A stretch of DNA of 64,000 bases from Laetmonice hystrix (Eukaryota), in the NCBI GenBank assembly GCA_965235115.1, contig OZ249439.1, positions 17,918,001-17,982,000 on the forward strand. The letters run 5' to 3'. A program made the position numbers and the translations under genes. Positions 36,509 through 51,445 of the stretch are shown here, piece after piece. The number at the start of each line of letters is the position of its first letter. The first letter of the stretch is position 1. A model generated the notes under the pieces. That model was not told where the DNA came from and did no database searches. It saw only the letters and a program-made list of their open reading frames with translations.

Positions 36509-39500
36509 CTGTCAACACAAAATACAAACAAATCTTGAAAAACTACCATTAAGATCAATGTATTTGTTCAAGAATACAAGAACACATTTCAGATATTTCA
36601 CGGTATTTTGTTAAGATCAGGTCACGCCTGTTTACCTAAAAATGAAAACGCTGTTTACACACCATGTCACCCAACTCACAACAAGTAAGAATAACACGTC
36701 ATGTGAAAAAATAAACCATTATTGCTGAATTTAATCTGAATATGAAACCGTGTCTGAGCTGGCTAAACAGTTTTGTAAAGCACTTCTGCTGACCTCCTTC
36801 TTTGGCTTACATTACACTCGGAGGGACAAAGGCATCCTACCCCATCTGAAGGGTAAATATGTGGACAGTTACCCTGGCATCTACAAATATCTCTGTGGCT
36901 ACGAATACTAGGATGGGCACATGCCTTATCATGAGCATGTCCACGTCAGGTGATGGCAATGTCTTGTGTCAAAGATCAGCTCCAAACTTTTGACTTACAA
37001 CCATAAAGTGCGGAGGTGAGATCAATACCAAGTGCGTCGTCTGATCCCCTTGCTACCAATCCTTGAACTTTGAACCCGCCACTCCATTCTATCCTATAGT
37101 GACATTGCTTAGTCAGGTAAACAAAGAGGTTTGTAAACTGGGATGTTGTTGTGTAAACAAAGGTAGTTTATGTATGCTGTGGCGTGGTTCAATCTTCAGG
37201 TGGACATGGTGCCAGTTTACATGCCACTCAGAGTCCGTACGAGAGAAATTCTACTATTACCGACATATTCACTCGCACAGAGTACCCTTATTACCTTTCC
37301 GATTGCCTTGCCAAGCGGCCCCCCTCTGGCTGCCAGAACCGGTGAGGAGCCCTTGGGTGACCCTGAACAATCCCTGGACGAGCTCTCCCCACCCATCACA
37401 CGGCGCCCCAGTATTATTTTGATTCCCTGGATGCTAATATAGACCAGGAGTCGGTATTTTTGGCTGCCCTTCTCTGTCAGTAATACATCAATCTTGTATT
37501 TTCTAGGCTAACTCGGCTATTTTTAGCTGACCAGTTGCTTTATTGGGAGCACCGTAAGCTTGCTTCCTGGCTGGTACACGCTCTGGCTGTCTGGTGGGGT
37601 TAGCTGTGCAGTCTTTATTTTAACACATACGCTAAACACACAACTGCCAACATCATATGGCACAGGCTCTAAGCCCCAAAGAAGTCGCAGTGTAGAGCTG
37701 CAGATCTGATAAAAAAAACGCATACCAACGGTTCCCGCCCGTGACATGTAACTTTCAGGGCAACTGTTGTTTGTATTCCTTGATAGTCAGTGACCAAGGT
37801 ATACACAGACGCTGAGGCCACATTTTATTGTTTTAAATTCATCCATTGCTCAATTCTCTCGTCCAAATGTTCAAACTTTATGAGCAGAGATTATTACATC
37901 AACTGATGTGTTATTTTGACGTCAAGCCAAGACATTTTCTGATGGAAAAATGCCTATCTCAAGGGGACATTTAATGAAGACTGTAGTGGATGTCCTCCCC
38001 ACATTGAAATTTGTTACAATAACCGATCCTACTAAATACACGTTCTACCTTATCTTTAACCGATCCACTTTATCCACACTCGCACCCAATCAGATTGTAC
38101 TGGGCTTTAAGTAAGACATTATTACCCAAAGAGGAAAAAAGAGGTCGGCAAGGAATTTAATGAATATATAACTTGCATCTATTAACAAAAATACGTGTTA
38201 GTTTTCGGAACAGGAGACCTTATCTCAACACTAGATATACTTGTCGAGTCTCCTCTCCTAACAAATGTTCACCTGACATTGGTAGCTATAAACGCTTTTT
38301 AATGGAATCCCCTCCTCACATGAGAAACATATCCGTCCAAATAGCTGGATAATGGTCGTGAGGTGAGCCTTATCAGTCCAAAGATCTGGCGATAAGGGCA
38401 GCGAGTGAGCGACTGCTCACTTCCGCTGTGATGCAACTTGCCAGAACGTGCAGCTCGGAATCCAGTTTTGTCAGGTTGTTTGACGTCAGCACACCCAGGG
38501 TCAGGTTCGTTGCCGTAACCTTGAAGCCATGTTAAATATCAAGAATATCTACTGAGTATACCGGCCCGTACACTGGAGGCAGGTACCTGCTCGGGCTGAA
38601 TTCGCCGAGAACTCCAGTGAAAGGGGTGGGAATGTACGATTGGGTACAGTAACATGATTATAATTGCCCCACTACATGTTCAGGTGTCGACACAATATGA
38701 TATTGAGATCTGGAAGAAGTTTATTCAACTTCAAGTTCTTGCAATTACAATATTTCATTCAACCAGAGTAGGCATATAGATTCTTTCTAACTGTGACACG
38801 ATACTTTTCAAACTATGACAAGTTAGCAACTTTAATAGTTTTTTTTGTTCCACGTTAGTACCAAAGGGATGCCACTCCGCCAAAGGATGCATACATTTAC
38901 ATAAAATACGATTTAAGGTACCACTACCACTTGAGAAGTACTGAAAGGTCAGGTTCGACACTTGGTAACGCTCCATGCTATGTAAACTAGTCATCAGCTA
39001 CTGACGCCACCATCACTGTGACACATTGTTTACCTGTAAAGCTGGATCTTCACGGTCTGTTGCTCACAACTTCCTTTCTACCCTCATCGCCAATAAATAC
39101 TAAGCAACATATTCAGTGGCAAAGTACCTGTATTGTTTGTTGCTGTTGTTGGGTGTGTTTTTTTGGGTGTGTGTGTGAACCTGATAATATGAGAATCCTA
39201 TGCACACTGTAAACGGACATATCCTCAACTCAATAAAGCCCATACTGTTTCCTAAATTGTAAAGCGTCTGGAATCAAAACAATTTTATGGCAAAGCCTTC
39301 CTACTCATTTGGTTACCAGTGTGTGATGTCCTAGGAGAGTTAGCTTCAGGGAGAAATGTTGGACAAAAGATCTCCGCGGTGGGTTGTTACACTGGCTGCA
39401 CAGCGGAATCTCCCCCTGCCGAGGCTGTGAGCATCTTTACCTTGCTGCGCGGCAGTCAGCCACGCTGACCCCATGAGGTCAGGCAGGCAGGTAGATTGTC

Positions 39501-42500
39501 ATAGTGTGGCGATAACCGTTGGTATCTTTACTTCTCTAAGGGCCTTCTCGTCCTCACTCAGGTGAGAGGTCCGATAACATGTAGCTACAGCTACTGGCCA
39601 CACAAATCATAACAAAGGCACAGAGATCACTCAACATTCACTACACAGCAGCACTTCGTGAAAATCTGAATCCATGGGTTATTTCTTTCAGTATAGACCA
39701 AACGCTATACTTCACTGTTATAGATTTATTTATGCTTCAATAAAGGGAACCTGATATCTGACGAATGGAATAAACATTGCTCATACTAACAGAATCTATG
39801 CAGGAAATGGTAATTGGAAACACTTGCTTTAACATGTGAAAGCCTGCGGCTCTTGGCTCAGAGTCAGTCTGATTGACTCCATTATGTCTTCACCTCTACA
39901 TAATCATGGCAGGAATGACTGCGAGTCAGCGAGTCTGATTTCTAACTTTTGAAGTAAACTACAGACTGTCATTGTACATTCCTGATATCCTGAAGAACTT
40001 CTAACATTTCTGACTAAGGGCCATCGGTCACTTATGAAGATCCATGGTTGTTTTGACACATTGTGAGACACACCCTATTTGGTGAGAGTGACACATGCCG
40101 CAGACATCCGTGTTACGCCAACCATAACGGTATAATTTTAATTGTTTAGGTGCTGGTGGCTGGAGGTTACCGGTGGACGATAGAGAGGTGCCCGTATCAC
40201 GTCCACATTTGAGAGTTTTCGGAAAGAAATATGTTCGATCACACCTAGGAGCCCGCAACAGATGGTTTATTCCTGACACCTCCGACAGACTATATTGCAT
40301 ACTGTAAGATCCAATTGCCTCTGATATGGAAACCAAGACTTTTTAACTTTACCATTTATTGTGAAAACACCAATGTTTTGTGTCATGGTGACGCTGAGGT
40401 TCATCATCTGTTACCAGTCGAGGCCAGGTTGGGATCAGGAATGATATCGATGAATAGGAGTGGTGTAGCCAAGAATGCTTCCACCTTGGTCCTTCAAGTG
40501 GCCGGACACGTGTTGCAAAGTCTTTGTGCAGTTCAAGAATTTATCTCTACACCATAATAACGACTCCTTTGTTCTGGGGCACCAGCTGCTTGGGCCCGTT
40601 ACCTGGATGATACTTGGCAGAACCCACAAGGCACGACGAAGGCACGTTAATTCAGGATATGCCTGACCTAGCATTGGTTCAAGGTCTCCCAGGCCGACCT
40701 TGGGCACACCACACAGAAGTGGGACTAAGATGCCCCTAAACCAACCAGTGGTCCTTGACCTGGCTGCCCGTGTGGTCTCCAACGCGGAAGCCCGGTGCCC
40801 TGTCCAGGACAACCACCCAACAACCTCTCCGACGACGAGTCTGCCAAGTCAATAACCAGCCGCGCCGAGTTGTGCCCAAGGCTGGGTAGTCCCTGCTTGA
40901 CTCAACTCGCGCGTAAACGATCCCTCCCTAAATAGCGATCTCTACTTAAACAATCAATGGGAATGTTTAACGGGGATAATAGTGATTGAGTTTTATGTGT
41001 GTTTCCACTTGTTTCATACAGCCAAGTCAGGAGTGGTTGTTCATTGTTTACTGACTGCTGGAGGAAACGGCACCTGTAGCAATACACTGTGAACGCACGC
41101 GTTCACCGAGTACAGGGCTGAATATGACGACCCTGCATGATTTATCTGAGGACCTGTACATGTATAATTATCTTTATGTCCCTTTGTTAGGCCAGCCTGG
41201 CCAGACAAGTTTCTTCCGGTACACGATAACATGCGCCAGGCACTAACACAACCAGAGGCCATCCTCCTGGCCACGAGATGCTTTCATACGCTGGTCAAGC
41301 TTCTAAACCCACCTGTCAAGGTGCTGGACATCGGTCAGGTGAACAACTGCATATCTTGTTTGACAAGCTTGACCTGTTCTGACAAGGTGGGCAATAGATG
41401 TCTGAACATCTTTCGGCCATGTCAAGTTATTGCAGACAATCCTGAAGTCTTGTCGCCGATCCTATCTGTGGCATGTAGGGAAGATCATAATCCACCTCTT
41501 ACAGCTACTCAACTCTCAAGAAGAATAGACAAATTTACGATTTCTGTATCTTCAAATCTACTGTCACAAATGTTTAAATTTGAAGAATTGCAAGTAATAT
41601 CAAACTGTAGATCATGGCGGGTACACTCATCATCGACGTTTTCACTTTACCGATGAAAAGGCTAACGGAAAGAGCAAATGACTTTTGCAGAGACGCTTGG
41701 CTACACTCAAGACACAGTAAAAAGATAAACATGCACTACTTATCTTTCTCTAATTGACTTATTTTGACACTGGATGCACAACCTCGAGCATGTGTTAATG
41801 ACTGATACCCACAAACTGTTATATGGGAGCATTACCACGCGTGGGCACTGCTGTAAACATTCTCATTGACATACGACAAGCGATAATTGACGTCCTGTAA
41901 CAAGGACAATGTTTTGAGTTTGAGTTTTACGCGTCATAAACACCCAGGTGAATACTGAGGCGGTCAGTTGGTGGAGGGAAGCAGACCTGATCAAAACACC
42001 TTGGAAATCCTCGAGTCGGAGGTGTCATATCGTACAGCTAGACCACCCACTCGCGGGGTCACTCACCTCTCTGGTACAGTGAGGAGGATCTACAATTCGA
42101 GGATCTACCGGCATGCACCCATCAACTTGAGGCAGGAATCACCTCCCAAACAATAAGTGCAGAATCTACAACGGGACAGGACGGGGGTGGGGGAACAGTA
42201 AAATTCTACCTAATCCCGTTGCGGGCATTGAAGTCGTATCAAACATTGTGAGTTGACACCCACTGAGCACGTTGTACATCATGCAGGAATTCGCCAAACA
42301 AGTGGATGACGTTGGTACATAGACAAACAGGTTGGTTACGACGCCACTGGAGATGGGGCGGGGGAGGGTGTGGGTGTGGGGGAGGAAGTGGGCGGAGTCT
42401 GGCTACACTCACGCGGGACCATCGGCAGCCACCACCTGAGCGGCTGACGCCACCAATGAAAGGACAAAATCAGGTGCATCACAATACATTGCCCACCGCA

Positions 42501-44559
42501 TACGACACTACCCGTGACGAGCAAAGATTCTGTAACAGATAACAAAAAAATCAACCCATCACCCCAACTATACACGTGGCAGATCACTTCTGAATTAATC
42601 TGACCTTAACCGTTTCCTTCCCCCATCTGTCCATCGTCTTGCTCATATAAAGGTGAAAAAAATGTTTATTTCACTTCGACAATTTTTTATGGCAAATCAC
42701 GAGCTTTACTTTCAACTCGGGAAAAGCCCCATACCCCGTTCTTTATCAATGGCAATGACTCGTGGTTCTTTGCCTCCCTGCATACTAATCTTCAAACTTC
42801 TTGCAGCGTAAGAAAAACAGAATGGTTTTTCTGTACCATCATCCATCCGCCTTGCCACCGTTGAGATCTGCTCTCAGCCTGTCCCCTTCCATAGGCTGGA
42901 CCGATGAACTACTCATACAAAATGTCTCCCTCCCCCCATTTCTTCAGTTGTTTTGAGTACCACTGATAAACATTCTTAGCTAGGAAAAGTGCAAAGATTT
43001 GACAAAAGCAATTGTATATTTCAAAGAGTGTTGGTAACTGAAAAATATGGCAGCCAGCAGGCCCCTGAGGGTAGTTTACACATGTTAAAAAAGTTCATTT
43101 ATATCCATTGTCAGTTTTACACTAAAACCGCTCTAACTGTCTTTGCTTGGCATATTCAGACTATATTAGTATATCAGCTTCATTCACAAACATAATGGGA
43201 TCCAAAAATGCAGAGCACATACTGATGCCTTACAGCTGTATATCTTATCATTTGATACAGTGGATTGGCATTTATGAATTCAAACGTGGCTTGACGAGCA
43301 ATACATTTCCACATATTAACCGTTCTCCATGGCTGTAATTACCACTGCACTACAAGTCCAACCTTGTGGGGTGCCCAGATCAAAGGTCGCCCTTTTTCTA
43401 TGTTGTGGGCACCATCACTGACCAGCGGCCGCGCCAAAAACGGCCTCGTTGAAAATCGACCTGAACATTTCAATGTTTGATATCAATTTGCACTTACTTT
43501 TTAGCTGAAGTGCATCTTGACAAAAGAGAGAAAAAATATTGTCATTAGACCTGTCATGCTTTGAATATTGGCAGTGATCCTGTGGCAAGCTTCCATCTCC
43601 GAGCTCTCAGCCTCAGGAGAAGATCGGGAAGCTCCTGGGGTCAATTCTCTTCCTCCCATACATGCACACCAAACTCAGAAAAATATCAAGTGCCAGAGAA
43701 ACGTCATGCAAAATAATAATTTTACTGGTGAATGACGTGTGGTCACAGATTCACCAGATGTGCTTCAAATAATTTCCTCCAGGAGAAGATATGTACACAA
43801 TTCCGAGGTGGTCCAGTCACCTTGTTGGTTACCTCCCAGAGCAGGGTTGAGATCGTTACGCCCATCGAGTCTGCCTGGAGACGAAGCCATGCCGTCTCTC
43901 CTCGTTTGATTCTTGGTCTAGCCTTGATAAGATTACACAAAGCCCACCTCCCCTCGTTACCAGAAATGTCTTAGAGAACGCCAAGCACCGTTCATAAATT
44001 TCTTAATGTACTTGGCCATGTCACTACAGCTCTGGCATACTTCCAGCTCTAATTTCGGCGAAATCTTGATATGCTTCCAATGTAAAGTGCCCTTTTATTT
44101 GTACTTGCATGATCTTGCGCTAAGACCTAAGGATGCATTGAGTGGTGGAGAATAATTAAATAATCCAATCTGGTTTCACTCAGGACTGATGTGTTATCTT
44201 ACTGGTCACACCAACGACTGTCTAGTCTCGTTGGTCACACACCTCAACATTCACTACTAAGGAGGTTACCAGGAAGACAAAACAGTAAACAGTAACAGGA
44301 AGGCAAAGCAGTAATTCGGAAGAGATATTACGCACTACCCTCTCATGTCTGTTTATTCCCCCCCCCCTACACCCGTATAAAAACCTTGGGAGTATTTCTT
44401 CCGGCTATAATACTGTAATGGTGTCAAAAACACCTCTTGTATAATTGCCACATATTATCGTCATAGTGTGGACAGCGTGGGTCCGACGACCCGTTCATCA
44501 GGAGAAGTTGTTTACCTGAGAGGCGGGTAGGGAGGGGGCGGGTGGCTTCAGCTACTGGT

Positions 44560-44960
44560 TCGGTTACTCGGCGCCACTATCAAATGACCACGTTCACCGT
44601 CACTGATGGTTTGACGTCATCAGCGGGCTGACGCCCAGAATGCCGCCATGGGATACCTAATTAATATCATTACCCAGATGTAAGAAAACTTTCAACATTC
44701 GTCCTCAAAATGTAGGCTGGGGTCGGGTTTACACCCCTTGTCGTCAAATCAAATCCACCGCCTGTATTTAAAGAGAGCAAGAAGATAACATAAGACTGTA
44801 ATCATCCTGGGATGGTAGTTATTGTGCTGGTGGCATACCAGTCGTTGTGAAGGACGGTTTGAGGTTTAAAGCCCACAGCCTTCTACGCAACGCTACTACT
44901 GTTGCCTCCTAGTGATCAACAGGAAGTATGTGGCGAGCCAAGGGGGTGATGACGTCATGA
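44560..44960. promoter_or_regulatory. Intronic enhancer/promoter-like patch with two perfect CRE sites
   Basis: TGACGTCA at 44612 and 44950, locally CpG-rich, with a TATTTAAA at ~44765. Confidence 0.4.
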
Positions 44961-47900
44961 GGCCCTCCCTAATGATCATACCCCCGGGCAACGTGGCAAT
45001 ACGTCAATCATATCAACATTCTGTCACGTGCTTTAAAACGTTTTCTCATATAGCAATCCTACCACCTCAGATAGAATTCTCACAAGTCCTCATATTCTCA
45101 GACCTTCGATAAAGGATGGCACATCAGGATAACTCGTTGATAGGAGCATGCTCCAGTAGAGTTAGTAAGTAGAAGCGAACTACACCTTGACGGCTGAAAC
45201 TTGTGACATTGACGCTGGGGCTAAAGGTCCTTACAGACCATGTCCTTTAACTGTTACTTTGACAGGTGTAAGTACAACTGGGACAAGGTTACGCTACATT
45301 TCCAAAGGCTTGCAGTTACCTGGTACGTCTTCACCTTGAATAGGACACTGGCGTCAAAGTGACTCCACCCAAGGTGCAGCAAGCGTGACCACTACTGGCA
45401 CACGTTCTCCACCGATGCTCGTCCAAGCGTACTTTACTTCCCTATCATCGGCTTCCTCACTGGTAGTGTCAAGCGCAACATTCTACCACTACACATCTTG
45501 AAAGGACCCTTATAAAAAGTGATAGAACGGCTTCCTTTTTGTCTCTCCAATCTGCCAAAGGCTGTTAATATTATCTTTTTATACAAGCGGAAGAGGGGAA
45601 GACTGTATATAAATAAATAAAGACACATACATGTACACCCTAACATACATACAAACATCCCACCTCGTACCTATCAGTCATGTTTCGATTATTTCTTTAT
45701 AAAACACATCCTGCCAATAATAAATTCTCTGCCGCTTCACTGTCACTCCAAAAACTGTCATGCTTTACTAAACAGGGAGCACTTCTTCAGAAGTAGGCCT
45801 ATGTAGGAGTGATATTCCCATGAATTGTTTTAGATCCTGCTTGCTGAACGATAACATGCCGATGACTCCACTGCATGCTACCACACATGACCTTTTCACA
45901 TTTCTGAGTCAGAATTTACACAGTTTCGTTGTAGTACATTCAACACACTTTGATTTTTCATCTTTTGCCCACCATTTAGTTAAAACATACTCCAATACAA
46001 AAATTCTGTCTGACAAAAACGGACATGTGAGCAGCTTCCATTCAAATTGTTATGCTACTCGACTGGGAAATATTTCAAAGACTCCCACTTGAAGTAGGAC
46101 AGTGGTTTGTTGAGCTGGCTGCTACTCGAGCTGACTGACACTTGCTGAACTACTTCTACCCGTCTGGATCTGGAAACGTGACGGGTCATCAGAAGCCGAC
46201 TTCCCTTTTATTTCCTTCCCTTTTGTTTAGAATGACCAAAAAAACCAACCCCTCATTGATCACTTCTCATGTCTGTTGTCTGTGTCAGATTTTCTCTCAG
46301 CTACACAGTGGATGATTAAGTGAGATTTCTTTATTCTATTGAACCTAGAGTTACATAACAGACAGCTACATGTATATCTCCTCATAACCGAACAAACATT
46401 TTCACACGACAGTAAAAAATCGCTTTGTTCATGGTGGTGATCTCACTTCGTGCTTTCACTCCTTTCCTCTTGGAGATGTTTCTGACTATATCCAAGTAAA
46501 ACGAAGGAAGCTGGATCCTGACAGCCCCCTGCCCGTACCGACCAGCGTGACTTACAGTGCCTGTTGGCATGTCTACCACCATAATGACACAACCTGTACT
46601 TCCTTGTGTCAGGTTGACAGTCGGCTATTGGTCAATTACCTAATTATCTAGGGAAACTAATTAACCAGGATATCCTCACTGGCCCGGACAATACCGGGTC
46701 TGCATTAGGTAGGTCCAATCTCTGAAGTCAGCATGTGTTCAAAGAGGCTGCTCCTGACTTATGTAGGTCAGGCACTGTTAATACTCCATGAGGTTATTAT
46801 TACATAAAGGCTGATACAAAGGTCCTCAAGTCCGCCCCCTCCAGTTTCACACCTTCACAACAGTAGCTCTGAATAACTTATAATACTCAAACTGTACAAA
46901 TGATGTAATGGTGGATATTTGATCAACAAAGAGTTAGGCCAATATTTCAGTTTATATTATAGATATGTTCGTCTTCATGAACTGCACACGACGAGGGAGG
47001 TACTTTTTACATCAAGGGTCAAGAATATCTAGGACAACTGTACCAGTGTGGCGCTGGCGAACAGTCTACTATACTGCCATGGCGACTTTTTAAATATATA
47101 TGATGAACCCTGGGGTCAGCAACCACTCAGTGCCTAGATAATCAGCAACTATTACTTATTGTTGGTACACTTAGTACGACTGGCGGCGTTTCGGTTTTAT
47201 GAGCGAACCCAATTAACAAGGACACAGATTTTTCTCTGCCATGCCTATATTTAATTGTTCGGTAATTGTTGTCCTTGAGCAGCAGTCCTGTACACAGAGC
47301 TAGGTCACCTTGTGAACATATCAATTATCGACATCACTAGTCTTTCACCAAACATATATTTATCATCAAGAGAAACCAATTGGTTTGAACCACAGGAGGT
47401 AGTTTATATAAGAGTCGGCAGTGACTGCAATCTCTGCATCCAAGTCATACAGTATTCTGGCTTTTGTTACTTTCACCAAAGCACAGGTCATGCATGGGTT
47501 ACAGAAGGAGGAAAGAACTCTCCGCCAGACTTCCTTGCAAGATAACATCCAGGGTTTAGACTGGGCCCGCAGTCCAAAGTAATACCCTGATGCTGTCCCC
47601 GAAAGAACACAGGTCCCCCTGCCCCTGTCTGACTAGACTTGTCCCCAGGGTTCGGTCCCTCATTCCCTGGTAGGGGCGCAACCCTGGAAAAAAAACCCGT
47701 GCACTACACAAGATGACAGAATCAACAGGTGGCCTATTGACTTGCCTGGCCCGGACCTGCCCAGCAGTCGGCGCTGGAGTTTCAGTCACGACCTCAGACA
47801 TAGAGTTCCACTGCCTATCTCCCCTCCCTCCCCTGTCAGGGAGCAGTCCGGCCTGACACACCTCCCCTGAAGTGGCCCCGCTGTGACACAATACGGACAG

Positions 47901-50900
47901 ACGGCTGGCTGTTCCAAGTCACTGTGACAAAAACAAAATGTCACACTCAACATTCACAGCTGACTCCAATTTACGAAATTTTCACTTTCGGCTAACTTAA
48001 AACGGGGTCATTAAAAAGGATTTGTTTGTCTAGGAGGATGGCCCAGACTCTGCTCCATTTCTTCCTCATCGCTGTTTTGTTTTGCAGGTCCACCAAATTC
48101 CAATGACTCTTAACACAGGAATCTGAAGGTGCGAGTTTCTCTCTTTTAATGGCAGGTTATAAATTGTTGCCGACAAAAAAGGGTAACTCCCTGTTCAGTG
48201 TTTTGTGCATATAATAAATAGGGACGAGCCAAGACCGACGTATGTAAAAAGGGCAGATGTTATTCAAATCACCCAGGATGACGTCCACTGAAACTGACAG
48301 ATTCTGACGCCAAAATGTAAGAACTTGGTACAGTCATCCTAATTTGCACTAAGACGCACATCTACAATTTCATGATGTCTTCTTAATACTTCAATGAAAT
48401 TACGAGGGTAACTTACTAGTGAAACTGGTTAAATTTCAATAATTAACAACCTTTTATTCAGACAAAGGTTTCATCACGTAACCGATTTTACCGGGATTTG
48501 GTCATCTCTCATTTTGCACAAGCTATCTCTGCCTATCCACTTCATATAATTTGCAGGGTGGTTAAAGGAGGGCAAGAAAACAACAACCAAAGTACAAAAA
48601 AAGTTCCCCTAGATTGGCAGGCTGCCATGTCCAGGGTTCTTAGCGTTATGTTGTGACGTAGATGCTGTGTCACCTGCCGAGATGGCGACCCGAACCTTTC
48701 GGCTGTACTGTCCCGGCGGCGGGCGGCGGCGGCGGCAGGATCTCAAACTTCCCACACACCCATCCTGATGATTGGCAAGGGATCCCACTTGGCAACCGTA
48801 CCACATGCATCCGTGAAAACAAGATCGTGTCAAGAACCGCAGACCAAGTGGGACAGAGCATGTGAGTGGGTGTTGTCGCCACTATCTTTCCAGCATCACT
48901 GGGCCCAGCAGACATACCATGGGTCAGGCCCTTCGTCAGCACACTTTTAGGATGGAAAACATTCCATCCCACTTAAACATTTTCAGGATCAATGAATTTA
49001 TCTTTCTTCCTATATAAAATTGGACTCAGGCCTGTTGTAGCTCCATGCCAGGTGGGAGTGATACTGATCATCGGGAGTTCGTTACCTCCCCTGACCTGTC
49101 CCCACCCACCACTCCATCCCCCCCCCCCCCCCCATTCCTCCACCCTCAGCAGGCCGCGACAGGACTGTACTCAGATACGTGGGCAATGGATCCCCCCTTC
49201 TAACTGGGTCCGCGGCAGCCCCCCCCCCCCCCCCAACTCCCATCTCAACCCGCTGTCGGGCCCTCCCTCCACATCTTTCGGTCACGGTCCCTTGTTCCCA
49301 CTCTCAAACACTTCCCCTCAGGGCTGCAGCCGTTTCCTCTACAACATTCCACAGTACGAATGATTCAGGTCCAGCTGGGGAAAGTCCCTCGCACTCTGCC
49401 CACGTTCAGTCCACCCCTTCCCCAGGCTCCCTCGGACAACAGGACTTCCTCGCTATTTCCCTTCGCCATATTTCACCCATTCTAGAACATTTAAAGATCA
49501 GGAAACGTTTTTGGTGTGTTTATTGTCATAGTAGATGGACTGTCAAGTGAAGTGAAGCCTTTTTGATGGGCTGGCCATCTGGACTACCTATTGATGCTAG
49601 CAGCGCTGACTCATAAATCATCCCAGGTCAGGATAGATCACCGGCCTACAGACAGTCAACAAACACACCCTCCAAACCAGGGATCAACATGCAACCGCTG
49701 CCTGACAATTTACAAACACTGCATTCACTTGTACGTCACAGGTTGCTGGGCCAAAACAAATGATAATGTCTAGGATACTACCCCGTACTATCATTAAAAT
49801 CTTTCCTTCTGACTACTGACTACTGGTTAGGATGTTCCCCTTCCCATTATGCGGGAAGCCGTTTTACTCCATGTAATCTCTTAATGATGACCATTATCTG
49901 ACAAATTATATGTCTTATGGTTGCACACAATCTTGAGCTCCCGACCCACTACAAGATAGGTATCACTAAAAGATGCCTGGACTTTGTCCCTGGGACCGTC
50001 ATCACTTCATACTAGGTTACAATGAACTTTGACCCCAGACCCATCAATGTTCCTGCAACTAGGTCCAGCAGCCCAAGTCTGTGTCAAGTGTAAAATGGGC
50101 TGGCCCCTGTCGAGAGTGGAAGGCCCTGGAGAGGCTGGGATGACTAGTGAAGTTTAGACGACTTCCTGACACCGAGTAGTTCCAGTGGCTAAGGGCTATC
50201 ACCTGCCTGTCATTATCCTTCCTTCCAGATGTCAAGTGCCGCTTATTTTTTCTCTCATCTGAAGTACTCTAACTAAAGTAATAAAAAATCATAGGAACTT
50301 CAACACCTTAGTTTTTTTTTGCCCCCTTATTGAAAAGCGTAATAACTAAGTGGACTTGGTTTTTCATGATTTGGAAGATAATGAAACGAGGTGTAAGAGA
50401 GTTTCCCTTCAGGTCCGTCGAGTTTTTACTGCCTTCATTGTAAGCCCAAAGCTGCCTTAGTTTCAAGTTTCAAATACTTAGTTCATTGCTATCTGGGTCC
50501 AAGTTGGGACCACTGCATTGTTGTGGAAGGAAGTGCTCCTGACGATGAGTCTGTCGGGCGCCCCTGGATTTGGGGTTTCCCCCCACGCTGGGAGGCTGAG
50601 GTCACACGCAGGTCCTCCCCCTACCCAGGTCAATGGGGAAGCCCCTGATTCAAATTCCTAACATTTACAATGTCAGCAACAGTTGGTATCTAGACGGCCC
50701 TTCAAGACGCATTCTTTACATGAACTTCGTTACGTTTACTTTACATGACTGTCATCGCTTAAAACGTTACATAAAATATCGGGGAAGGGCGCGTATTGAA
50801 GATTCACTGCCTCTCCTAGTCCAGTTTTGATATGTCTACCGGGTCTACCGGGTGCACTCCACACAATTGAACACCAAACAAAACCTGTCCTTATTTCCAG

Positions 50901-51298
50901 GTCCCAAGTTATGTTCTGCAGTCATAACTGACTTGTGCGTGTTTCCCCATATTACATGAATATTGAAGCGTACCTCGGGCGACGTCAAATCAACACATTA
51001 CCACTTTTTCTGTATACTGACGAAAGAGTTCGGTTTACTATAGAAAGAGCTGGGTTACTGCACTAATGGTTTCTGTTAACAGATCTACCTGTACTGATAC
51101 ACCTGCCCGCCAGTCTCTGCGCCAACCCATATCTGTGCTGACGTATGACCGCTGTTTTATCCCCCTCTCTGACATCAAACTTATCCTTGGAAGCTCCAGT
51201 ATTGCTGACGTAGTGCGTGGATCTCCAGCATGTTTTTCAGTAGTGTCGAGTGTTTTTGATGAAGTTTGTGACGCTCAGGTGTGACCTGAATGACTCAC

Positions 51299-51445
51299 CT
51301 GTAGTGATGGGGAGGTGAGGGGGCGTGGCGTGCAGGTGTGCTGGCAGAGGTTGATGTGCCAGAGGTGGTAGTTGGAGCGATGGACTCTGGTGCAAGAAGG
51401 GTCCTGGAGATTGGGAGAGCGGCGATTGGGGCAGCGGGCTCATTC
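51299..51445 (-). CDS. E74: E74 Pro/Gln/Ser-rich exon
   Basis: (G)MSPLPQSPLSQSPGPFLHQSPSLQLPPLAHQPLPAHLHATPPHLPITT(E). Strong acceptor ttttctttttaccacag|, donor CAG|gtgagt, 147 bp, phase 1-1; in frame with both neighbouring exons. Confidence 0.8.

Noticed and set aside
41231-41656. 141-aa ORF in the E74 intron as a possible transposon remnant
   Set aside because: No RT, transposase or integrase motifs on either strand.
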